The translations under genes and the position numbers were made by a program. This document shows, piece after piece, positions 48,557-59,196 of a DNA stretch of 64,000 nt. The notes beneath the pieces were generated by a model that worked only from the letters and a program-made list of their open reading frames with translations, did no database searches and was not told the DNA's origin. Numbering within the stretch: the first letter of the stretch is position 1; every line of letters begins with the position of its first letter. The DNA comes from Thermodesulfobacteriota bacterium (lineage in GTDB: Bacteria; Desulfobacterota; Desulfobacteria; Desulfobacterales; SURF-7): NCBI GenBank assembly GCA_049320885.1, contig JBMORA010000012.1:1-64000 (forward strand). Direction: 5' to 3'.

Positions 48557-48593
48557 ATGCATTGATCGAAATGATGGTACAAGGAGAGTGTTC

Positions 48594-49664
48594 ATGACCA
48601 AGACATACCAAATCGCCGTCATACCCGGTGACGGCACCGGCCCCGAAGTGGTGGCCGAAGGCATCAAAGTGCTGGACGTGGCTGCACGCAAGGCGAATTT
48701 CGCCTTGAAATATACCCATTATCCCATCGGCGGGGATTATTACAAGGCAACCGGCATCACCGTGACCGATGAGATCAAACAGTCGCTGGCGGCGGCGGAC
48801 GCCATTTTTCTGGGAGCCATCGGACATCCGGATGTGCAGCCCGGCATCCTGGAAAAGGGCATTCTGCTGGACCTCCGTTTCCATTTCGACCAGTACATCA
48901 ATTTGCGACCCGTCAAATTATATGAAGGCGTCGCGACTCCGCTCAAGGACAAGGGGCCCAAGGATATCGACTTTGTCGTCGTCCGCGAAAACACGGAAGG
49001 ATTGTATGCCGGCGCGGGCGGATGCCTGAAGCGTGGAACACCGGACGAGGTGGCTGTCCAGGAATCCATCAACACCCGCAAGGGGGTGGAGCGTTGCATT
49101 CGTTTCGCCTTCGAGTATTGCCGCAAACGCAACAAGGCCCGGAAACTCACCCTGTGCGGTAAAACCAATGTCTTGACCTTCGCCTTCAATCTGTGGGAAA
49201 GGGCGTTTTATGAAGTCGCCAGGGAATATCCGGATATCCAGACCGATTATGCCCACGTGGACGCCATCTGCATGTGGATGGTCAAGAATCCGGAATGGTT
49301 CGACGTCATTGTCACGGATAACATGTTCGGCGATATCATTACGGATCTGGCTGCCATGATCCAGGGCGGAATGGGAACGGCGGCCGGCGGCAATATCAAT
49401 CCGGCCGGGGTTTCCATGTTCGAACCCATTGGCGGTTCGGCCCCCAAATACACCGGCAAACAGATGATCAATCCCATTGCCGCCATCATGGCCGGACAGC
49501 TGATGCTGGAATCCTTGAAAGAGGAGACGGCGGCCGGTTGGATTGAGAAAGCGGTCATGAAGGTGTTGCGGGAGGATATCAAGGACGTTGCCGCGGGTAA
49601 AATGGGTTTCACCACCAGTGAGGTCGGCGACCTGGTTGCCGGCTATATCGAAAAAAGCTGTTGA
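48594..49664 (+). CDS. leuB: 3-isopropylmalate dehydrogenase
   Basis: IPGDGTGPEV, YINLRP, VRENTEGLY, NMFGDI, FEPIGGSAP; specificity within the family inferred. Confidence 0.85.
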   Translation: MTKTYQIAVIPGDGTGPEVVAEGIKVLDVAARKANFALKYTHYPIGGDYYKATGITVTDEIKQSLAAADAIFLGAIGHPDVQPGILEKGILLDLRFHFDQYINLRPVKLYEGVATPLKDKGPKDIDFVVVRENTEGLYAGAGGCLKRGTPDEVAVQESINTRKGVERCIRFAFEYCRKRNKARKLTLCGKTNVLTFAFNLWERAFYEVAREYPDIQTDYAHVDAICMWMVKNPEWFDVIVTDNMFGDIITDLAAMIQGGMGTAAGGNINPAGVSMFEPIGGSAPKYTGKQMINPIAAIMAGQLMLESLKEETAAGWIEKAVMKVLREDIKDVAAGKMGFTTSEVGDLVAGYIEKSC

Positions 49665-49689
49665 CCATCGAATCGACAGGAGGAGGAAA

Positions 49690-50157
49690 TTGGAACGCGT
49701 ACCCATAACCAGACCCGGTTTTGAAACCCTGAAGGCTGAGCTTGCCCAGTTGAAATCCGTGGCGCGGCCCCAGATCATCAAGGCCATCGAGGAAGCCCGG
49801 GCCCACGGTGATTTATCGGAAAATGCCGAATACGAGGCGGCCAAGGACCGGCAAAGCTTCATCGAGGGCCGCATCAGCGAACTCGAGTACAAACTCGCCC
49901 ACGCGGATGTCATTGACCCGAGCACGCTTCCAAAGGACAAGGCGGTATTCGGCAGCCATGTGGTCCTGGAAAACGTGGAAACCGGCGACGGCGTTTCCTA
50001 TCAATTGGTGGGACCGGACGAATCGAATATCGATGCCGGACGTATTTCCGTCTCCTCTCCCCTGGGCAAGGCCATCATCGGTAAAAAACCCGGCGACGAG
50101 GTCGTGCTCCAGGCTCCGGGGGGCAAGCGCAGCTACGAACTGCTGGAAATCCGATAA
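49690..50157 (+). CDS. greA: Transcription elongation factor GreA
   Basis: TTG start after AGGAGG; ARAHGDLSENAEYEAAK, ISVSSPLG. Confidence 0.97.
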   Translation: MERVPITRPGFETLKAELAQLKSVARPQIIKAIEEARAHGDLSENAEYEAAKDRQSFIEGRISELEYKLAHADVIDPSTLPKDKAVFGSHVVLENVETGDGVSYQLVGPDESNIDAGRISVSSPLGKAIIGKKPGDEVVLQAPGGKRSYELLEIR

Positions 50158-50244
50158 CAACCGTCTCCTTGGGTTTACGCCGGCAGGGCGCATGGCGGAG
50201 GCACGAGGCGACATGACCGAATATAAGCATGGAGGGAAATTCTA

Positions 50245-50460
50245 TTGGCTAGAATAACGGTTGAAGATTGTTTAAAAAAAATTGATAATCGCTTTGAACT
50301 GGTACACATGGCGGCCAAACGCGTCCGCCAAATCCGGGAAGGTTCCGATTATCTGGTGTATTCCCCCAAGAACGAGGACATTGTGGTCGCGCTTCGCGAG
50401 ATTGCTGCCGGAAAAGTGGTGACTCGCAAAGGACTGGACCGGACTTCGGAGGTGAGCTGA
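50245..50460 (+). CDS. rpoZ: RNA polymerase omega subunit
   Basis: MARITVEDC, NRFELV..AAKR, ALREIA. Confidence 0.97.
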   Translation: MARITVEDCLKKIDNRFELVHMAAKRVRQIREGSDYLVYSPKNEDIVVALREIAAGKVVTRKGLDRTSEVS

Positions 50461-50470
50461 TTTCCGTTTG

Positions 50471-51196
50471 ATGTCTACGTCTCTATACAGGGAAATCAAT
50501 CGTGGTGTCGGCCGGGCAATCCATCGTTATGATATGATCGCGGACGGGGATCGGATCGTGATCGGAATTTCCGGCGGCAAGGACAGTCTCACGCTCATGC
50601 AGGTCCTGACGGAACGGCTGGCGCGGATCCCGATATCCTATGAATTGGTCGGGGTCTATGTGGATCCGGGTTTCGAGAACGGTTTCGGCGGAGAACTTGC
50701 GGCCTACTGTCAGGAAAAAGGGTTTCGCCTGAAGGTGATCCATACGGACAACGGCATCGTGGCCCATGGCCCGGCAAACAGGGAGAATCCCTGTTTTCTG
50801 TGTTCCCGCCTGCGCCGGAAAGTCCTGTTTGAAACCGCGGCGGAAATGGGTTTCGGCAAAATCGCCCTGGCCCATCACAAGGACGATCTGATCGAGACCC
50901 TGCTGATGAATATGTGTTACACGGGGGAAATCAGCACCATGAGGCCGGTACGGACGCTTTTCGACGGCCGGCTGGCCATCATTCGGCCCCTGGCCTTTGT
51001 GGATGAGGATGTCATCAGACGATTCGCCAGGCGGGAAGGATTTCCGGAATTCATCAATCCATGCCCCACGGCATCCGTTTCCAAACGCCGGGAAATCAAG
51101 GATCTGTTGACGAACCTGTATCGGAGCAACCGCAAAATCAAAGGGAACCTGTTTCGTTCCATGACTCGGATCAAGACCGATTACCTGCCGATATAG
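50471..51196 (+). CDS. ttcA: tRNA 2-thiocytidine biosynthesis TtcA family protein
   Basis: SGGKDS PP-loop, PCFLCSRLRR, HHKDD, IIRPL. Confidence 0.88.
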   Translation: MSTSLYREINRGVGRAIHRYDMIADGDRIVIGISGGKDSLTLMQVLTERLARIPISYELVGVYVDPGFENGFGGELAAYCQEKGFRLKVIHTDNGIVAHGPANRENPCFLCSRLRRKVLFETAAEMGFGKIALAHHKDDLIETLLMNMCYTGEISTMRPVRTLFDGRLAIIRPLAFVDEDVIRRFARREGFPEFINPCPTASVSKRREIKDLLTNLYRSNRKIKGNLFRSMTRIKTDYLPI

Positions 51197-51211
51197 TACG
51201 GGATCAATGGC

Positions 51212-52024
51212 ATGATCATTATGAAAGACATCCAGAACCTCCACGACGACCGCAACATACCCATCAACAAGGTCGGCATCAAAAACCTGCGGTACCCCAT
51301 CAAGGTGCTGGACCGCAAGAACGGTTTCCAGAGCACGGTGGCGTCCATCAACATGTATGTCGATCTGCCCCATGACACCAAGGGGACCCACATGAGCCGT
51401 TTCGTGGAGATGCTGCATGTGTTCCGGTCGGAAGTCTCGCTCAAATCCTTTTCCGATATTCTGAATCAGATGAAGCAGGATCTGAACGCCGCTTCCTCCC
51501 ACATCGAGGTCGCCTTTCCCTATTTCATCGAAAAATACGCCCCGGTGAGCGGTTCGCCCGGCTTGATGGATTACAACTGCCGGCTGATCGGTTACAGTGA
51601 TCCTTCCGGGCGGCTGGATCTGGTTTCCGAGGTCCTGGTGCCCATCACTTCCGTCTGTCCCTGTTCAAAGGAGATCAGTGACGGTGGAGCCCACAACCAG
51701 CGGGGAGAGGCCCGCCTCAGCACCCGTTTCAAGCGGTTTATCTGGATTGAGGACATGATCACCCTGGTGGAATCGGCGGCTTCCTGTGAGGTCTATTCGG
51801 TCCTGAAGCGGGTGGATGAAAAATTTGTGACCGAGAAGGGTTTCGGCAACCCCAAATTCGTTGAGGACATTGTCCGGGATATCGCCCAGAAACTGCTGGA
51901 GGACGATAACATCACCTGGTTTGCGGTCAGTGTGGAAAATTTCGAATCCATCCACAATCACAGCGCCTATGCCTTCATCACCAGCAACGGCCGGAAGGAA
52001 ATAGAAGGAACCGGCTGGAAATAG
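51212..52024 (+). CDS. folE2: GTP cyclohydrolase FolE2
   Basis: KGTHMSRF, CPCSKEIS, AHNQR, NPKFVED, ESIHNH. Confidence 0.97.
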   Translation: MIIMKDIQNLHDDRNIPINKVGIKNLRYPIKVLDRKNGFQSTVASINMYVDLPHDTKGTHMSRFVEMLHVFRSEVSLKSFSDILNQMKQDLNAASSHIEVAFPYFIEKYAPVSGSPGLMDYNCRLIGYSDPSGRLDLVSEVLVPITSVCPCSKEISDGGAHNQRGEARLSTRFKRFIWIEDMITLVESAASCEVYSVLKRVDEKFVTEKGFGNPKFVEDIVRDIAQKLLEDDNITWFAVSVENFESIHNHSAYAFITSNGRKEIEGTGWK

Positions 52025-52101
52025 ACCGGAAAACAATTCCGGATCCGTCTCATCATCACCGTCCGGATTTATCCGGAAAGCAGCCCCGGGAATTGTTCCG
52101 T

Positions 52102-53349
52102 TCATTTCAAGTCGGCGCCTGACCGCAGCGCCTGAAACAGGCGGGTCATGACCGGTACCACGGATTTGCCGGGGGTGTTGATCATGATCACAAAACGAAA
52201 CGGTCTTCCGGTTTCGGTTTCCACATATCCCGCCCGGGTCTGGACTCCTGAAAGGGTGCCGGTTTTGAAATACTGCCCGTTTTCCTTGCGCATCAGCCGC
52301 CGATGAGGTTCGAAGGCGGTCAGGATTTTTTCGAGCATCCGGGCCGACAGGCGGTTTCCCCGGGACAGCCCCGAACCTTCCTCGATCCGCAAGCCCTTGA
52401 TTCCCAATATCCGATCCGCGTAACCGGTGATGGCCCGGACCCCTTTGTCCAGATTCCCCGGCGGACCGAACTGCCCGGCGCCGGCGGCGATGAACAGCTG
52501 GTTGGCGATGTAGTTGTTGGAGAAATAGAGCATCCTTTCGATGACCTCCGCCAGCGGATAGGGGGATACCTGCCGGTACAGGAGCCGGGAGGATTCCGTC
52601 CTGACCGAGCCTGGCCGGACCGTCCGGCCGGTCTGAATTCCCGCCTTGGTCAGGAAATGGTCAAACAGGTGCCCGGCGTACAGAACCGCTTCATGGCCTT
52701 CGTTGGTGAGAAGGATTCTGCCGCTGGCGAGCTTCGTGGACCGGATCCGGGGAAGGACGACGGGTACGAGGGGGGTTTGGGGTTCGGCGCTGACATACCG
52801 TCCGGTTCCGGGATCTTTTCGAAAGGCGACGGAGTTGAAATTCACGCACAAGCCGCCGTTGGGGGCGTCATAGGGCTCCAGGGAGCGGGCGGCTGCTCCG
52901 GGAACGAGAACAGGGGCGCTGAAATAGCTGTCGTCCAGAATGATCCCGCGGACCCGGGTGATCCGCCTGGCCAGTTCCTCGGCCGCTTCCGCCACGACTT
53001 CGGAGACCAGCAGGGGATCGCCGTAGCCTTTGATGACCAGGTTCGATTCCGCATCGAGATAAAAATCCGTATAAAAGCGAAAATCCGGCCCCAGGGCATG
53101 GAGGGCGAAAAGGGCGGTGAGGACTTTGGTTACCGAGGCCGGCACCAGCAAGCTGTCCGCGTTTTTGGCGACCACCGTGCGACCGGTGGGATCCGTTACC
53201 AGCAGGGAGTCCCGGCTGCCGATCATGGCGGTGAGGTTCACCGGAGTCGCCCCGGAATGGGCGGTTCCGGAAACCGCCAGCAGGCAGGCCAGGAGGAGTC
53301 CGGGCAGCAGCCGGGGATGACGGTGACGTGAAACCGCTTTCGGCATCAT
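52102..53349 (-). CDS. dacB: D-Ala-D-Ala carboxypeptidase/endopeptidase (S13, PBP4)
   Basis: PASVTK (SxxK), SNN, GSGLSR, KTGTL. Confidence 0.9.
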   Translation of the reverse strand: MMPKAVSRHRHPRLLPGLLLACLLAVSGTAHSGATPVNLTAMIGSRDSLLVTDPTGRTVVAKNADSLLVPASVTKVLTALFALHALGPDFRFYTDFYLDAESNLVIKGYGDPLLVSEVVAEAAEELARRITRVRGIILDDSYFSAPVLVPGAAARSLEPYDAPNGGLCVNFNSVAFRKDPGTGRYVSAEPQTPLVPVVLPRIRSTKLASGRILLTNEGHEAVLYAGHLFDHFLTKAGIQTGRTVRPGSVRTESSRLLYRQVSPYPLAEVIERMLYFSNNYIANQLFIAAGAGQFGPPGNLDKGVRAITGYADRILGIKGLRIEEGSGLSRGNRLSARMLEKILTAFEPHRRLMRKENGQYFKTGTLSGVQTRAGYVETETGRPFRFVIMINTPGKSVVPVMTRLFQALRSGADLK

Positions 53350-53789
53350 GCGCCGCTTTCCAGAATCAGGGTGACCGGACCGTCGTTGATGAGATGGACC
53401 TGCATCATGGCGCCGAAGCGGCCGGTGGCTGCCTGCAGGCCGCGGCCGCGAAGCCTTTCCACAAAGGATTCATAGAGCCGATTGGCTGTATCCGGTGGGG
53501 CGGCTCCCGTGAAGGAGGGCCGGCGGCCCTTGCGGCAGTCGCCCAAAAGCGTGAACTGGGAAACCACGAGTATCCGGCCGCCGGTTTCCAGCAGGGACCG
53601 GTTCATTTTTCCGTTTTGATCCTCGAAAATCCGCAGGTTGGCAATCTTGTCCGCCAGATAGTCCGCCTCCGCGTCGGTATCGCCCGCGGCGACGCCCAGC
53701 AGCACCAGGAGGCCCCCGGAAATGGCGGCGATTTTCTCGCCATCCACGTGGACACTGCTTTCCTTGACTCTCTGAATCACCGCGCGCAT
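53346..53789 (-). CDS. dtd: D-aminoacyl-tRNA deacylase
   Basis: [27 protein letters not shown]. Confidence 0.97.
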   Translation of the reverse strand: MRAVIQRVKESSVHVDGEKIAAISGGLLVLLGVAAGDTDAEADYLADKIANLRIFEDQNGKMNRSLLETGGRILVVSQFTLLGDCRKGRRPSFTGAAPPDTANRLYESFVERLRGRGLQAATGRFGAMMQVHLINDGPVTLILESGA

Positions 53790-53845
53790 GAACAGCCGCA
53801 TATCAGAAATCGGGCAGGGACTCAATGCGGAAATGACCAGCCGGA

Positions 53846-55252
53846 TCAGGAAATCAGATTGATCACATCCCCCTTCAAGGTGTTTTCGACTTCGATGACT
53901 TTCAGATTCGCCTCGAAATGACGCTGGAACAGGGTCAGGGCGGCGAATTCCTCCACCAGATCGACATTGGAGGATTCCAGGGCCTGGGGAACGATGCCGC
54001 CGAAGCCGCCGGAGCCCGGGCTGCCGGTGAGGGCGGCGCCGGAATCGCCGGTTTCGGCGTATAGATTGTTGCCCAGCTGCTGGAGGCCGTTCGGATTCCG
54101 GAATCTAGCCGTGGCCACTTGGAACAGATCGACCAGGTCGCCGTTGGAATAACTGCCGGTAATGACCCCGTCCGCGCCCACGGATATGGAAACCAGCTCT
54201 CCGGCATGATAGCCGTCCGAGGCGGAAAAAACCGTGTGGGAGGGTGCGGCGAACTGGGTGGAGGATGGCTCGGTCATGGCCCAGTTGTTTCCGTTGTAGG
54301 CAGCGCCGAAATCCAGCGCCACCGTCATGGGAGGGGCGCCACCGCCGGAAAAATCGGCCTGAAACGCGAAATGGCCGTTGACCAGGTCGGCGGAGGCATC
54401 CGCGGGAGACCAGGAGCCGTCGCCGTTGTTTTGTTCCATCGTCATATCGGTAAACTGGCCGGAGTTGTTGAATTTCAGTTCCCCCCTGGCCAGCAGGCCT
54501 TTGTTTTCTCCGGCAGCTTGAGGGCGTTGATCCTCCGCCGGGTTCACCGTTACCATATATTCCCAGCTTCCTTCGTTTTCCCCTTTGTCGAAATAAATGG
54601 TCACATCGTGGGCGGCGCCCAGGGAGTCGTAAACGGTCACGGTGGCTTGGTAGGCATAATTCCGGTCGGCGATCGGGCGTCCGTCCGGTGATTCGCCGTT
54701 CCAGGCCGCCGAAAGACCGTTGGTTCCGGCGCTGTGATTCGCCGAAGCCGCGTCGAGATTGACGATCTGGGTGACCATGGTGGTTTCCCGGGGAGGGGAG
54801 GTGAACAGGGTCGCCGAAATATTCCCGATGGCCCCCTGGGGGGCCGAGGTGGCGGGGTCTATTTTCCAGCCCTGCACCACATAACCACTGGAATTGACAA
54901 GGCTGCCTTTCTGATCAAAATGGAAGTCGCCTTCCCGGGTGTAATAAGATCCGCCGTCCGGGTCCCGGACAATGAAAAAACCGTCCCCGCCGATGGCCAT
55001 GCTGGTGGGAGAATCGGCCCGCTCAAAGGCGCCCTGTTGAAAAATCTGGGAAATATCACCGAGGGTCGAACCCCGGCCCACCTGGTCGGTGCCGGAAGCC
55101 GTGGCCACCGAATAGGTCGGAAGGGAAGCAGCGGTGGAGCGGCTCTTTTTATATCCCTGGGTGGAGACATTGGATACGTTGTTGGCGGTGTTGCGGATCC
55201 GTTCCCCCAGACTTCTGACCGCCGAGATGGCCGGCGTGATTCCTTGGATCAT
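53846..55252 (-). CDS. flgE: Flagellar hook protein FlgE paralog
   Basis: [46 protein letters not shown]. Confidence 0.85.
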   Translation of the reverse strand: MIQGITPAISAVRSLGERIRNTANNVSNVSTQGYKKSRSTAASLPTYSVATASGTDQVGRGSTLGDISQIFQQGAFERADSPTSMAIGGDGFFIVRDPDGGSYYTREGDFHFDQKGSLVNSSGYVVQGWKIDPATSAPQGAIGNISATLFTSPPRETTMVTQIVNLDAASANHSAGTNGLSAAWNGESPDGRPIADRNYAYQATVTVYDSLGAAHDVTIYFDKGENEGSWEYMVTVNPAEDQRPQAAGENKGLLARGELKFNNSGQFTDMTMEQNNGDGSWSPADASADLVNGHFAFQADFSGGGAPPMTVALDFGAAYNGNNWAMTEPSSTQFAAPSHTVFSASDGYHAGELVSISVGADGVITGSYSNGDLVDLFQVATARFRNPNGLQQLGNNLYAETGDSGAALTGSPGSGGFGGIVPQALESSNVDLVEEFAALTLFQRHFEANLKVIEVENTLKGDVINLIS

Positions 55253-55308
55253 GGCGATCCCTCCTGTATTGTTCTCGATCTTGTTCCCAGACAAACCACT
55301 ACGGTTTG

Positions 55309-55336
55309 TTATCGGCAGGTCGGCGGGAAAACTGTA
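55309..55336 (-). promoter_or_regulatory. sigma28-type promoter of the flgE paralog
   Basis: Minus strand TACAGTTT-12 nt-GCCGATAA (exact -10 consensus). Confidence 0.7.
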
Positions 55337-55490
55337 GCCTTTTCGAATGGCGGCGCTGCTTGGCGGGCCAATTTTTTCACCACGGATGTCACCGATAAAA
55401 GCAGACGGGCTTTTCCGGCAATGCCGACAGCCGGTAGTCCCGAAGGAGCAGGGTGGGCATTTTTTGTCGCGTATCTTGGGGCCAGCCTGG

Positions 55491-56729
55491 TTACTGGCCC
55501 GTCAGCTGCTGCGTGATGGCGACGAGGATATTGTCGATCGTCCCGGCGGTCAGGGTGAGAACCGGTGAGCCGGTGGCCGGGTTGACATAAAAACCGACCA
55601 TATCCCCCGCCGTGGGTTCCGGCAGGCCGCTTTGGTTGTCGGGGTCCCACAAGCCTACCACCAGGACGCCGTCGCCGGGTTTCAGCCCGCTGTCGGACAG
55701 ATCAAGGTGAAAATCGAGGGTGTTGTCCGGCAGGCGCTGGAAATGACGCAGGTTCTGGACGATGCTGTCCAGGTCGTAGGGATTCGCCTCGTCCGTGGCA
55801 ACCATCACGAACAGCGGTCCGGGAACGGCGGTTTGCCCTGGAACAATCAATTCTCCGTGGATCTCGAGGGGTTCGGTTCCAGAAGGCCGGTCCGCCACGG
55901 TCACCAGAAACCCGAGGTCGATCCCGGCGGTCACTCCCGCCGGGATGGTCAGGGCCGCCGGCAGGTAGGGCGGTCCCATGGTGAAATAGCCGATTTTGTC
56001 GCCGGCGTTCATGCCGCCGTTTTCATCGGCATCCAGCAGCGCCAGGATCCGCACTTCTTCAATGGGAACATTGTAACCGAAGGGTAGAATGGGCAGAACA
56101 TAGTCCACCGGCGCGCCCTGTATTTCCAGCCGGGAAAAGCCCACGATCTTGTCCGGATCAATTGCGGCCGAATCCAGGGAGGCGATGGCGCCGGCATAGG
56201 CGATCAGGGTGACATCGCCGTTCTCGGTGCCCAGAATCCTTCCGGTCACGGCGGCTGAAAAATCAAAGATTTCCCGGCTGATGTGGATATTCAGGCCGCT
56301 GTTGTCACCTTGGGCCAGGGTATAGGAAATCGACAGTGTCGCGGGATCGATCCAGAAACCGATGATATCCCCGGTATCCGGAAACGGCGCCCGGTCCGCG
56401 GGCGACAGGTCGATGAAAGCGGCGATAAAGACCTGATCGCCGGCGGTCAGACCCCGGTCGCTGAGATCGACATGAAAGGTGTTATCGGACGGATTCACGC
56501 CCACATAGGCGATGACGGAATTCAGCGGGTCGTTCAAAATGGCCGATACGTCGTTGCCGCGGGCCACCAGCAGCATCACCGGCTGGCCGGGATGCTCGGC
56601 CAGGGCCTCGCCGCCTACGCTGCCGGAAATACTCATTCCCATCGGGGGGTCGGGTTCACCGCAGGCGCAGAGCGCCAGGACCGCCGAAAGGAAGATCAGT
56701 CGCCGTAATGTGGAACCGCATGTATTCAT
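55491..56729 (-). CDS. Lipoprotein with three repeated beta-rich domains
   Basis: LALCAC lipobox-like; three units of about 125 aa each containing D....GD(I/K/M)(I/V)G(F/Y). Confidence 0.75.
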   Translation of the reverse strand: MNTCGSTLRRLIFLSAVLALCACGEPDPPMGMSISGSVGGEALAEHPGQPVMLLVARGNDVSAILNDPLNSVIAYVGVNPSDNTFHVDLSDRGLTAGDQVFIAAFIDLSPADRAPFPDTGDIIGFWIDPATLSISYTLAQGDNSGLNIHISREIFDFSAAVTGRILGTENGDVTLIAYAGAIASLDSAAIDPDKIVGFSRLEIQGAPVDYVLPILPFGYNVPIEEVRILALLDADENGGMNAGDKIGYFTMGPPYLPAALTIPAGVTAGIDLGFLVTVADRPSGTEPLEIHGELIVPGQTAVPGPLFVMVATDEANPYDLDSIVQNLRHFQRLPDNTLDFHLDLSDSGLKPGDGVLVVGLWDPDNQSGLPEPTAGDMVGFYVNPATGSPVLTLTAGTIDNILVAITQQLTGQ

Positions 56730-56762
56730 GTGAGTTGCGAACATGGTCCGTTATCCTTGTGG

Positions 56763-58319
56763 TTAGTATTCATACCGCAACTGAAACGTCACCATATCGT
56801 TGTCGCGGTAATAATAGAAGGAATTCTGAATCAGTTCTCCGGGTTCTTCCTGGCCGGAGATTCCGGCGTAGGCCAGCTCCAGGGTGATACCGTTCTGGAA
56901 ATCCCAGCCGATTTCCGGTTTGTACATCCGGCCGCCGTTGCGGGTGTCGAAAATGGCGGTGAAGGCCACCGGAATGCGACCGTTGTAAAACGTGTCCTCG
57001 TATTTGAAGCTCAGGAGATCGCTGAACAGATAGGGCTGGGACACGTCCTTTTTGAAAAATTTGGATTGAAACCATTCGAAGGTGAAGACGGATTCCCCTT
57101 CATGTTCTTCCAGCAGGCGGTGGAGGGGAATGAAATAATTGAATCCCAGGGCATAGGAAACATAGGGCGACTCCTCCACCTCGTAGGGAAAGCGGACATC
57201 CGTGAAGGATACGTTCTGCTCCACGATATTGGGTTTGTTGGGCGAGTAGGCGGCCTCGCATTGGACAACGAAATCGCCGATGGTGCGGCTGAAATCCAGG
57301 CCGAAGTAATTCACCACGGAATATTGCTGCTGGATGACCACCGATACGGGCCGGTTGGTCTCCACTTGCACGGCGGTGGGCACCAGGGCCGGTTCACGGT
57401 CGGGTCCATGGTAGGCGCTGACGGACACGTCGCTCTCCAGAATATTGGTGGACAGCCGGAAGCCGTACCCGAAATTTTTCGGTTCCACCGTCATGCCGTC
57501 GCTTTCCTCGAACACCATGCGGTAGAGGATGTCGTCCTGGCGCAGGGACCAGAAATTGTCGTTGGGGGCGAGTTGCATGGAAACATGGACGGGCATGAAC
57601 ACCAGTTCCAGGGTATGGTCATCCAGGAAGAGCATGGAGGAAACGGCCGGCACGCCGAAGCGGAATTCATCGTCGTCGCGGAAAACGAATTCGCGCAGAT
57701 CGTAGGGATTAAAATAGGCGGTGGGGTTGATGCCGTCGGCGGTACCCCAGCTGAACATCTGGTTGCCCAGGCGCAACCGGAAGCTGTCCCGGCCGTAATT
57801 CAGGTAGAGTTCGTTGAAGGCGATTTCACCATCCGTGGAGGTGATCCGCAGATTCCGCTTGATATCCGATTCGGCGGTATACCGATAGTCTTTTTCATCA
57901 TCCTCTTTCCAGAAAACCGCCTGGTAATACTGGTCCGACGCCATGAACAGATGCAGATCATCCTCGCCGAACCTGGCTTCCAGCCGGTTCCGGATCTCGT
58001 TTTTCTTGACGGCGTCCCCGAAATCCTGATCCCGGTAGGTGTTGAGGAAAGATTGCAATTCGATGAATCCGTTATAGGTCAACAGCGAGTCTTCCTCCTC
58101 CTCCGTATCTTCTTCCAGGTCGTCTCCTTCCGTTGCGTCTTCATCGGACCCGGGCTCTTCCGTTTCATCGGGCCCGGAACCGCCGGTGCCGACGGCGCTC
58201 GAGGCAGCCGGGGGTTGCTCGGCAGCCGAAGCGTCGGGGGAGGCGGATGAAAAGAACAGGCCGCCGCAAAGAACCAGGATGGCCAGAACAACAGCTGGGT
58301 GAAAGTTCCTCGTTTTCAT
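56763..58319 (-). CDS. Outer-membrane beta-barrel protein (DUF1302-like)
   Basis: Signal peptide, acidic N-terminal tract, LRLGNQMFSWGTADGINPT, terminal FQLRYEY. Confidence 0.75.
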   Translation of the reverse strand: MKTRNFHPAVVLAILVLCGGLFFSSASPDASAAEQPPAASSAVGTGGSGPDETEEPGSDEDATEGDDLEEDTEEEEDSLLTYNGFIELQSFLNTYRDQDFGDAVKKNEIRNRLEARFGEDDLHLFMASDQYYQAVFWKEDDEKDYRYTAESDIKRNLRITSTDGEIAFNELYLNYGRDSFRLRLGNQMFSWGTADGINPTAYFNPYDLREFVFRDDDEFRFGVPAVSSMLFLDDHTLELVFMPVHVSMQLAPNDNFWSLRQDDILYRMVFEESDGMTVEPKNFGYGFRLSTNILESDVSVSAYHGPDREPALVPTAVQVETNRPVSVVIQQQYSVVNYFGLDFSRTIGDFVVQCEAAYSPNKPNIVEQNVSFTDVRFPYEVEESPYVSYALGFNYFIPLHRLLEEHEGESVFTFEWFQSKFFKKDVSQPYLFSDLLSFKYEDTFYNGRIPVAFTAIFDTRNGGRMYKPEIGWDFQNGITLELAYAGISGQEEPGELIQNSFYYYRDNDMVTFQLRYEY

Positions 58320-58933
58320 CGGATGGGACCACCTGTGATTTGGTTTTGTTGACCCAGATAATATGCCTTGATCCCTTCCCAGTGGATCAGGAGCGCTTCC
58401 GCCAGAAAGGCCGTGATCTCCTGTTCGCCCTTCAGTTCCCGGACGTACTGGTGGAGGGAGTTGTTGATCAGACTGGCCAGGCCGTGACTGAATATCCAGT
58501 TGGAGAACAGAAACCGCTCCCGTTGCTTGTCGGTAAAGGAACTCATCAGCGGATACTCGGAAAGCATGTTCAGATCGTCGTACCAGATGACCTCACCGTG
58601 CTTGACATACAGGGCCATGCGGTCTTCATCGTTGATGAACCGGAAAAGATGTTTTTCCTTCATGGCGAAGAGAATGTACCCGACCCCCTTGTTAAGCAGC
58701 TTGTCGCCTGTTTCGACCTCCTGCTGGTATTTCCGCATGACCAGCAGGGATTCCTTGATCAGTTCGCTTTCGAGGTTTTTCATCGATTTGAGGTAGGTGT
58801 AGATCGGCGTGGTGGAGGATTGCAGGGCCTTGGCGATGGAGCGGGCGGACACTTCCTTCCAGCCGCTTTCCCGGAGAACGGCAAAAGCGGCGGCGATGAT
58901 ATCCTCATTCGAGAAGCGCGTCTTGGGCGGCAT
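58316..58933 (-). CDS. TetR/AcrR family regulator
   Basis: IIAAAFAVLRESG...SARSIAKALQSSTTPIYTY helix-turn-helix. Confidence 0.88.
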   Translation of the reverse strand: MPPKTRFSNEDIIAAAFAVLRESGWKEVSARSIAKALQSSTTPIYTYLKSMKNLESELIKESLLVMRKYQQEVETGDKLLNKGVGYILFAMKEKHLFRFINDEDRMALYVKHGEVIWYDDLNMLSEYPLMSSFTDKQRERFLFSNWIFSHGLASLINNSLHQYVRELKGEQEITAFLAEALLIHWEGIKAYYLGQQNQITGGPIR

Positions 58934-58958
58934 GTTGTCCTTGGAACGGCAATTTTGG

Positions 58959-59010
58959 GAACATTTGTTATATAACGCATGTTATAGGAACAAGCCGTCC
59001 CCTATGTCAA
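58959..59010 (-). promoter_or_regulatory. tetR promoter with two tandem operator-like inverted repeats
   Basis: Minus strand TTGACA-18 nt-TATAAC; GAACATTTGTTA (58959-70) and TAACGCATGTTA (58973-84). Confidence 0.6.
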
Positions 59011-59196
59011 GTATCATTTTTTCATTCATGTAAATCGGCTGATGTTCATGTATACAGGGCAAAGTGAATCGCTGTTCCGACTTTAGCTATTTTGGCTGTG
59101 GAAATGATGTCAAAGCCGCGCTATCCGGTATTGACAGGAGGGGTGTTGCGCCGGTAATGTAGTCGAATGTATACAAACCAATTCCGGTTATAGGGG

